Shown here: one piece after another, positions 54,870 through 64,000 of the stretch
How positions within the stretch are numbered: position 1 is the stretch's first letter
Layout: each line of letters opens with the position of its first letter
Assembly (NCBI GenBank): GCA_951406725.2
Contig: OX597819.1
Span: forward strand, 19,282,001 to 19,346,000
Length of the DNA stretch: 64,000 bases
Source: Octopus vulgaris
Taxonomy: Eukaryota
Direction: 5' to 3'
Made by a program: the position numbers and the translations under genes
The notes under the pieces: model-generated
What the model was told of the DNA's origin: nothing
Databases searched by the model: none
The model's input: only the letters and a program-made list of their open reading frames with translations

Positions 54870-55830
54870 ATCATCGGCTATTGGCGAAGGAGGGTCCTTG
54901 ATATTGCTGCCCTAGTTTTGACTTACTTGTTGTAATGTAGGTCAGCGTGTACGTTGGACAGCACTATTTCAGGGTGTTCTTCAAAATTATTCATCACTAA
55001 TTCATGTAAATTGCTTTGCGTTTTGGGCAAGGTTTTAAATAAATTTGGGCCTTTGAATCTCAAACTCTCGCCGTACCTCATCTTCACAGCAGAAAGCGTG
55101 TTTGTCACATTTGGGCCAGCATAATGGCTTTCCGTTCGTTGTCTCTCCTAAATCTGAATGCCAAAATTTGGTCTCAGGTGCTCCAGGTTCTCCTATATTA
55201 TCGCAGATCTCTCTCAGGTTAGCTAAAGGCAACAGTCACAAATTTTTCAGTCACAGTTACTCAAGTGTTTCCACGAAGCAAAGTCTTTCGTGTAGCACCG
55301 ATGAATTGTTTCGACTTCTATCAAATTAGCAATGTGTGGTGGCCAAAGTTATTAGGAATAGTTCAGAAGGTTCAGGACAAAATGTCTTCCATAGGATCCA
55401 TGTAGTTTTATGGTCGCTTGTTCGGAAACGTATTAGAAACCATATGCATATTCGCCAGTACATTGCCACCATTTGGGACATATTTGTACAACACTATGCA
55501 TCGTTGCTCATATTAAAACCAAGACAGCTTACTGCGTTTGACTCTGTGTAAGCCTCTCCTTTGTTGCGGTGTGCTGGCAGAAGTTGGCTTGGAATTTTCC
55601 ACCATTCAATTGCATGTTGTTTTCTTCAGCCCATTCATATATGGTGTCTAGATGTTCAGCAAATAATTAGCATTTGGTGGGATTTTTGCCTGTTTGTGTA
55701 AATATTTTGTCGTCGGTAAAGCTTGTAGAGTTGGGTGCCTGTATAAGTGAAGGCATATTTGTGTAGGCCACAATACACAACAGCAGCCCCAAAATATTTC
55801 CCTAAAGTACCCCACTAACTTGTCAATGCC
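54870..55830 (-). mobile_element. Degenerate CR1/L2-like LINE RT and C-terminal remnant
   Basis: SFTDDK (YADD-like), QLNGGKFQ, VETIHRCYTK, SLRFKGPNLFKTLPK; related to 35520-35740. Confidence 0.65.
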
Positions 55831-56008
55831 TCCGTTGTGGAGACACCGTTAGATGCTAAAGATTCGTTTTCCCTTAAGAAGAAATGTGAGCACTCGTCTC
55901 TGCTTTCTATCTACTCCGAGTCGCGGCACACTGGTACTTCATACAAACAAACATACGTACAAGGCACACATACATACACAGCCACGCACATTGACAAGCT
56001 TGCACAGA

Positions 56009-56086
<78 letters not shown>

Positions 56087-56658
56087 TACATGTATATATA
56101 TATATGTGTGTGTGTGTGTATTGCTATAATCATATTAAGGTATGGGGCTTAATATATATATATACCTAGGCTCTTCTTTTCATTCTTTATATATATATAT
56201 GTTTATATATACACAAACACATATATATATATTGATTTATATACATATATATATGTGTGCATGTGTATGTATGTGTGTGTGAGTGTATATTTTTTACTGC
56301 CCTATTTCCTGTGTTCTTAGTATTTTAGTTAGTTCTACTACCTACATATGCATCGGGTTGATAGAAGTAACCGAAGGAGAAATAAAAAATAAAAAGCTAT
56401 CCCACGGAACAGGTGTAGACTGGACCTCACTCTGCCTCATGCGAAGCAGAGAAGCGAATAGACAGGGGCAGAGAAGTACAGTGTATATATGTATGTCTGG
56501 GTAACTATACGTGGCGGTGACTATGTGTGTGGTTACATATTCATACATATATGAATATATGGATATATGTATAAACACATATATAAATATTTAAATATAT
56601 ATATAAATATATATATGTACATATATATATATCATAATGTGTAAATAAATATATGTGT

Positions 56659-56725
<67 letters not shown>

Positions 56726-56806
56726 GATAGGGAGAAAGAAAGAGTGAGAGGGAGACAAACAGACAGACATGATATAAAAAGGCCTATTTTCTCGCATACA
56801 CGTGCG

Positions 56807-56865
<59 letters not shown>

Positions 56866-56894
56866 CTGATTACATATGTATACATACGTAGTTA

Positions 56895-56938
<44 letters not shown>

Positions 56939-57497
56939 CGTACATACACATGTATACTTACATACATATATTTGCATTTATATATTGTTTGTGTGTATGT
57001 GTGCTTGTGTGTATAATGATGTATCTGTGATACTATAGGTGTATTCTTTCTATATCGGTGTTTCTTTTTCTTTCTCGTTATAGAAAAGTGTGTGTGCTTG
57101 CTCTGTGTGCATACATATGTAGACACACACCCGCACACAGGTACACACACCCGCACACAGGTACACACACACACACACACACTCTTACATACAAGTATAT
57201 GTGGATAGTAATATGATGCATATATACCTAGATAAATGCATGGATGCGTTGAAATAAATGTTATTAAATCTGTGTGATCTTAAAACATAACACCTGAGAT
57301 AAATAGGCATACCTACACAAAAATACATGCATACATAAATATATACATACATACATATAGCGTACATATGTACATGTATACGTACCTGTATATACAAGCA
57401 GTGTTATACCTCCTGAACATCTGCAAATGATTTCAGGTTTTGTAACAGTTTGTATGTAGAGTATTTCTATAGGCACATACACACATACTGATGTGTG

Positions 57498-57607
<110 letters not shown>

Positions 57608-57641
57608 TGTGTTTGTGTGTATGTGTGCATATATATATATA

Positions 57642-57681
<40 letters not shown>

Positions 57682-57782
57682 TATATATGTATATATACAT
57701 ACATAAAAATGTATATATGTATATATACATATATACATTCATATATATATATATATACATTCATATATATATATACACTATA

Positions 57783-57945
57783 TATTTAAAAGCAGCAGAA
57801 ATTCAACAAAACCTGTAACTCGGAGTTACACGTGAAACTCCGAGTAACAGGTTTTGTTGAATTTCTGCTCCTTTAAATAAAGCATATTACTCTACCCCTG
57901 GTATTTGAGTACTCTTTTTTCCACCTTGTTTCATATTTATGTGTA
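57783..57945. mobile_element. PLE-type repeat with fold-back (57783-57879) containing the 3' half of a hammerhead
   Basis: 45-bp inverted arms; GT-GAAA-CTC-C-GAG-TA-ACAGG; tail TACTCTACC.CTGGTATTTGAGTACTC also present at 26561-26625. Confidence 0.6.
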
Positions 57946-57967
57946 TACACAGGTACACACACATAAG

Positions 57968-58029
<62 letters not shown>

Positions 58030-58048
58030 GTATGTATATATGTTTATG

Positions 58049-58117
<69 letters not shown>

Positions 58118-58422
58118 GCATACATATATATATATGCATATATACATATTCCCCTTTCAGTTTCACACAGATTTTGCAGTAGTCTTTCTATTTTCCTTAG
58201 CTCTGTAAAAAGGGCCAAGAAGTTAGAGCCTCCAACCAGGCTTCTCACCTGACCCTTAAATCCCTGTACTTTTCAGCACCCTTACTTATATATTTGCTTG
58301 CCAGTGTGTGTCTGTGTGTGTGTGTGTGTGTGTGTATCCTTTTTTTTTATAGGTTTCAACCATAAGGCTTTGAATATGGCGGGGCTCGGCCAGAGTAATC
58401 ACTATTTAATTGCTTAATTCCT

Positions 58423-58475
<53 letters not shown>

Positions 58476-58517
58476 CATATGTATATACATATACACATAC
58501 ACAAACACACACGCACA

Positions 58518-58548
<31 letters not shown>

Positions 58549-58549
<1 letters not shown>

Positions 58550-58581
58550 ATTTTTGCTGAACTTATATATATCTGTATATA

Positions 58582-58637
<56 letters not shown>

Positions 58638-58670
58638 TATATACAGATATATATAAGTTCAGCAAAAATT
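58549..58670. repeat. Perfect palindrome centred on (AT)n
   Basis: AATTTTTGCTGAACTTATATATATCTGTATATATGAA..(AT)n..TTCATATATACAGATATATATAAGTTCAGCAAAAATT. Confidence 0.9.
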
Positions 58671-58850
58671 TTAATTAAAATGAATATGGTACTTAATTTT
58701 AGATGCAGCAGAATTATGTATGGTGTTATCTTTAAACATCCGTGGGGTAATTATAATCAAAATAAGCAACAAGAATTACTCTGGTACATATATATATACA
58801 TATATATTGATACATATATATATATAGATATATATATATATATATATACA

Positions 58851-59067
58851 CAGTAATCCCTCGTCATATCGCGGTTCACCTACCACCGTTTATTATTTAA
58901 GTTTACGTCGATTCCCCCCGTGGTGTCGTTTTCCATTTATAATTAAATAAATATATACAAATTATAAAAATAATAAACTTAGAAATTACAGTACTGTATC
59001 TACTTCGTAGATTTATACCTATCGCAGAAATTTATGGAACGTAACACCCATGATAGACGAGGGATTA
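58851..59067. mobile_element. pogo/Tigger-like MITE
   Basis: CAGTAATCCCTCGTC ... GACGAGGGATTA terminal inverted repeats. Confidence 0.6.
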
Positions 59068-59263
59068 ATTAATGTGTGTGTGTGTGTGTGTGTGTAGAGG
59101 GTTATATAAATGCGTACATATAGATATATGCATATATACATATATACGAACACACATATACATATAGGTCAATATAATATTCTATATACACACAGCCAAC
59201 CATATATCGATGAAAACAAGTAGATATTGTTGATATGTACACACATACACACCCGCTTATACG

Positions 59264-59417
59264 TAGGCGCAGGAGTGGCTGTGTGGTAATAAGCTTGCTT
59301 CCCAACCACCTTTCTCCGGATTCATTTTCAACTCCAGCAATCTTGGATATGGAATCTTCTTCTATAGCCTCGAGGCAACCAAATCCTTGTGAGTGGATTT
59401 GGTAGTCGGAAACAGAC

Positions 59418-59483
<66 letters not shown>

Positions 59484-59585
59484 GAACAAGTAATAGGCTT
59501 ACAGTGAAAAAGTCCTGGGTCGATATGTTCCACTAAAGGTGGTGCTTCAGCATGGCCGAAGATAAATGACTGAAACACATAAAAT
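59264..59585 (+). mobile_element. Family A SINE (internally deleted)
   Basis: AGGCGCAGGAGTGGCTGTGTGGTAA..TATAGCCTCG..CAGCATGGCCG. Confidence 0.8.
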
Positions 59586-59586
59586 A

Positions 59587-59686
<100 letters not shown>

Positions 59687-60053
59687 GTATGTATATACGT
59701 ATGTGTATATGTATGTATGTATGTATGTATATATATACATATATATATATGCATGAATGTATTTATATATATGTATGTATATGTATAAATATATATATAT
59801 ATATATGCATATATGTATATATATGTGTATATCCTTAAATCCTTAAAAATGTTTTAGCCCGAATGCCGCGGCCATGCTGGGGCGTATATATATATATATT
59901 TATATGGCGGTGCCCCAGCATGGCCACAGCTCATGAGCTGAAACTAGAAGCAATCAATCATATACATAGACACATAAACATATATACATCCATACATATA
60001 CATACACATATATGTAGTTATATCATATATACATATATATTTATATGTATATA

Positions 60054-60124
<71 letters not shown>

Positions 60125-60309
60125 GTATATATACTTACATTGTTACGTATATAAAGGTATTGCTCCATCACGTGATTGCTGAAAGTGCACAGTATGCAGA
60201 GAAATGCAGTTGAGACTGCTACTGACTGTCTGGGAAGTATTTGTGAATACTGCAAGGAAAACACGTAAGAGAAAAAAGACGGATATATCTACAGATAGAA
60301 AGAGTGAGA

Positions 60310-60370
<61 letters not shown>

Positions 60371-60559
60371 ACGGAATGTGCTAGATAGAAGCACCCACAA
60401 ACTGAAGGATTCTATTATGCAGACATCTGACAGACAGACAGACGGATGGACTATGTAATAGATAGACAGATTCGCAGATAGAGAGATGCTGCCTGCGAGA
60501 GAGAAAATAACGTTCCGAAGAGGAAATCGAGTCACGCGTTTGCAGACAGACACGAGCAC

Positions 60560-60633
<74 letters not shown>

Positions 60634-61362
60634 ACACTCACACACGCACACGCACGCATACAGTCTGAGCACACACGCAGAAGCTTACACACTGAGTGTA
60701 TATTTTGTTATAATTTGGGTGTGTACAGTGTATGTGTGAGTATATTTCGATGAAGGTGCAGTGTATAGAAATGAGTGGGACTCGTATCCCAGCACTGTGT
60801 CTTATTGCTTCTTTTTAAGTTCCAAAATCTCAGGCCTGGCCTTGTTCTCTGATCTTCCTTGATTGTTTCAATAATATATCCGTCTCCTCCCGAGATCAAT
60901 TATATCGACTACACACACCACTTTACCCGCTTCATTCCCATTTTGTATTACCTCTCCTGCGTATTACACCTAACACAGAAAATGCATTTCCGATACAACT
61001 ATGCGCCATACAGGATAATTTTTTTTTTTCTCAACCATCAGAGTTTCATGGGACATACAGAGGGAAAGCTTTTTCTAAATCTGATGCATGAAACAAATCC
61101 ACGACCTGAAAACAATCATGATCGTTTCGGACAATCTTTAGGACGAAAATGCCTTGGACAAGCAAAGGTCTTAAGACATGGGCTATGAAAGTACCCAATT
61201 TTAGAGTTTCGGGCAGAATTAATTGTGATATTCGTTTGGGCCTTTGCGGCTGGAGATCAGAGATGTTTTGTCCTTTAGCCCTAGGACTCATAGTGCCGTT
61301 ACCGTTTCCTGTTGTGTATGAGGAACCGGGATCAAAACATTCTCTTGAACATGTTCGTATGC

Positions 61363-61436
<74 letters not shown>

Positions 61437-61527
61437 GCTAATCCAAACAAGAAAGCAGAAAAAAAACACAACAACGCGAGGTCGTGGAACAAATATAGTA
61501 TTATTGGACGCCTAGGAAAGAAGGAGG

Positions 61528-61562
61528 GTTTAACGTTTCGAGCGGAGCTCTTCGTCGGAAAC
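61528..61562 (-). ncRNA. Minimal type I hammerhead (CCGACGA variant) in PLE-type repeat (~61437-61640)
   Basis: GTTT-CCGACGA-A-GAGC-TCC-GCTC-GAAA-CG-TT-AAAC; all stems pair. Confidence 0.65.
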
Positions 61563-61639
61563 ATAGGAGAAGGAAAGATCCAGAGAAGGAAAGACAGAGG
61601 AAAAAAAAGGACAAAAATCGCCAACGGTACGAACGCGGC

Positions 61640-61680
<41 letters not shown>

Positions 61681-62171
61681 GTACATATATATGTGTGTGT
61701 GTATATTTATGTGTACGTATCTATGTTTGTGTGTGTATACACACAAGCACAGAAGCAGTATGTCAGCAAGTTTAAAAGATTCTCTTTGCAAACACGAATT
61801 TCTGGTTTCAGTTTCAAGGCGCGGCATGTATTAGAATGTAGACAAAAACTGTTTCTACCCGTTGCGGCAACCCTGTACCAGGGGGTGTAATTGGTTTGGC
61901 AGCAACTGCATCGATGACAGTTTTGTGGATGGTACCTGTAATTCAAACGGCAAAGTTTTGTCGCACTTCTTCAGCGTGAGAATTACGTCAAAGTTTCGCA
62001 TGTCAGTTAGAATACTTACATGTTAATTAAACAGCAATTAATTCCGTTGATTAAACAAGTGAATTGTGATCATTGCATTGCATGACTTTGAGGTACAAAG
62101 TTTGCTTTCAGAGCTCATGATGTATATGTGTTTGTGTCTCTGTGTGTTTGCTTGTGTCTCTGTGTGTTTGC

Positions 62172-62221
<50 letters not shown>

Positions 62222-62279
62222 GTGTGTGTGTTTGCTTGTGTGTGTTTGCTTGTGTGTGTGTGTGGGGGGGGGGTATTTG

Positions 62280-62510
62280 CTTGTGTGTTTCTGTGTCTTC
62301 ATCCATGTGTATCTTTGTCTACCAAACACCACTTGACAACCGCTGTTGGTGGATTTACGTCCTAATAATTTAGCGGAACTGCATAAGAAAACGATAGAAT
62401 ATGTACCAGACTTTAAAAAATGTCCTGGTGGACGACACATTGGACTAAAAGGTTCTTCAAGAATGTGCCCCAGAATGGTCGCCGTCTAATGAGTGATAGA
62501 AATAAAGGAT
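62280..62510 (+). mobile_element. Family A SINE 3' half (degenerate)
   Basis: CTTGACAACCGCTGTTGG..TTAGCGG..GATAGAATATGTACCAG..GTGCCCCAGAATGGTCGC. Confidence 0.65.
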
Positions 62511-62639
62511 ACCGTCTCCAGGACTGGATTTCCGGTTTCCATGGCACCTACGTGACCGAGAGCAGAAATCCTCTTGTGCAGGACGCCGGACATTCGGGTG
62601 GGGCAGGTTTACGCATATAAGGCTGAGTATATTTATTTC

Positions 62640-62838
62640 TTTATTTCCCACCGGAGGGGGAGGCTAAACATAGAGGGGTCAAAGAAGGACAGACAAAAGA
62701 ATCAAGTCGGTTACATCGACCCTAGTGCATAACTGGTACTTATTTAATCAACAATGAATGGATGAAAGGCTAAGTCGACCTCGGTGGAAATATGATCCCA
62801 GAACGTAGCGGCAGACGATTCTGCCAGCTCGCCGCCTT
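62640..62838 (-). mobile_element. Family B SINE (internally deleted)
   Basis: GGCTAAACATAGAGGGG..GGATGAAAGGCTAAGTCGACCTCGG..TCTGCCAGCTCGCCGCC. Confidence 0.8.
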
Positions 62839-63426
62839 TTTAAGTTTTAGTATACTGCAGAAAAGTGGTTTGCTGAAGACCGCCTTGCATCACTTGATCG
62901 GGGAATAGAAACTACAGCTAAGTCACACAATCGATCCTAAGTGGAGCGCCCTAATCCCTAAGCCCCTTAACTTGAAATGATTAAAGCAGTGAAAGCAAAA
63001 GCAAAAAGAAAAAAGAAGTGAAAGCTTATAGTTCCTCTCATGGCTATTGTTGTTTCTGTTGTTCTGTACTCGGTTTCAGCTACAAGTTGTGGCCATGCTG
63101 GGGTTTCAGCCATTAAATAACAAATCATACATAAACAGTTATACCAAATGAAAAGCTTTCTCACCCTGACCAGTCAAAAATTTGATTCTCAGGTATAATA
63201 TATTTCGAATGAATTTATACAATGTGCCCTTCTTTTAAGCTATTTAGCAGCTATATGTGGCACATCATGTAACGACATGATTGCTTCCATTTCTATCTCG
63301 TCTGTATATCTATTTCCCCATTTGCTAGTATAGGTTCATAAAAGCACCACGATTTCGCTGCATACATGTATGCAATTGCCAGTGTATGTACGTCTCTCTC
63401 TCTCTCTCACTGTTTGTTTGTTTGTT

Positions 63427-63498
<72 letters not shown>

Positions 63499-63754
63499 TG
63501 TGTTTAGAAAATAGATAGTGGGAATACAACCAGGCAGGTACCGTTCAATCATTCAGATATAATCCAAATTACGACTAACCGCATCGATTAATAACCTAGG
63601 ACTATTCGAGGTAAGCAATCCTAATGATTTTCGCCCGATGGGTAAATCCCAGGCTTGCTTCGTTGGATTATAAAATGATTACAAAGTATATATCCAAGAC
63701 TACCGAAATGAAAAAGGAGAATAAGAAATCTCCGCAGTTTCTATTCACTGAAAC

Positions 63755-63905
63755 CCATGCTTACGTACTGAGTTCAAATTCCACCAGGATCGACTTTGCC
63801 ATTCGTCCTCTCGCGGCCGATAAATTAAGTACCAGTTGAACACTGTAGTCCATGCAATCGACTTAGCTCCTCCCCCACTTGAAATTGCAGGTCTTGTACC
63901 TGAAT
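63755..63905 (+). mobile_element. Family B SINE fragment
   Basis: TGAGTTCAAATTCCACCAGGATCGACTTTGCC..GATAAATTAAGTACCAG. Confidence 0.75.
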
Positions 63906-64000
63906 TTCAAATCATTATTACAATCAAATGCACAGGAGACCCCTTTCGATTACGAATGACCATAGGATTTCACCTTGAAAGTTATCCACTAAGGCAAAAT

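Noticed and set aside
62948-62970. Telomeric CCCTAA repeats
   Set aside because: Only two imperfectly spaced units; compatible with chance.

Overview
AT-rich, microsatellite-saturated eukaryotic DNA with no host protein-coding gene I can support. The repeat families look like those of an octopus or other coleoid cephalopod (inference from recognition, not a search). Almost all ORFs in the track are translations of (TA)n/(CA)n/(TAA)n. The window contains several tRNA-derived SINE families, one full-length but dead mariner, a rearranged Tc1/mariner, LINE remnants (RTE, R4/Dong, CR1-like) and Penelope-like (PLE) remnants. The main hidden signal is hammerhead ribozymes (HHRs). A near-perfect ~491-bp tandem array at 7784-9719 carries an intact type I HHR on the minus strand in each of its four units. 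It sits in (TA)n and has a terminal inversion, which fits a retrozyme/circRNA-type element copied round a circular template. A tRNA-headed SINE with an HHR tail occurs as a head-to-head pair (~23.7-25.0 kb). At least five other minimal-HHR repeat families are scattered through the window, often as fold-back pairs, and two GIY-YIG PLE remnants lie upstream of HHRs at 47-49 kb. All folds were derived by eye and need computational and biochemical confirmation.
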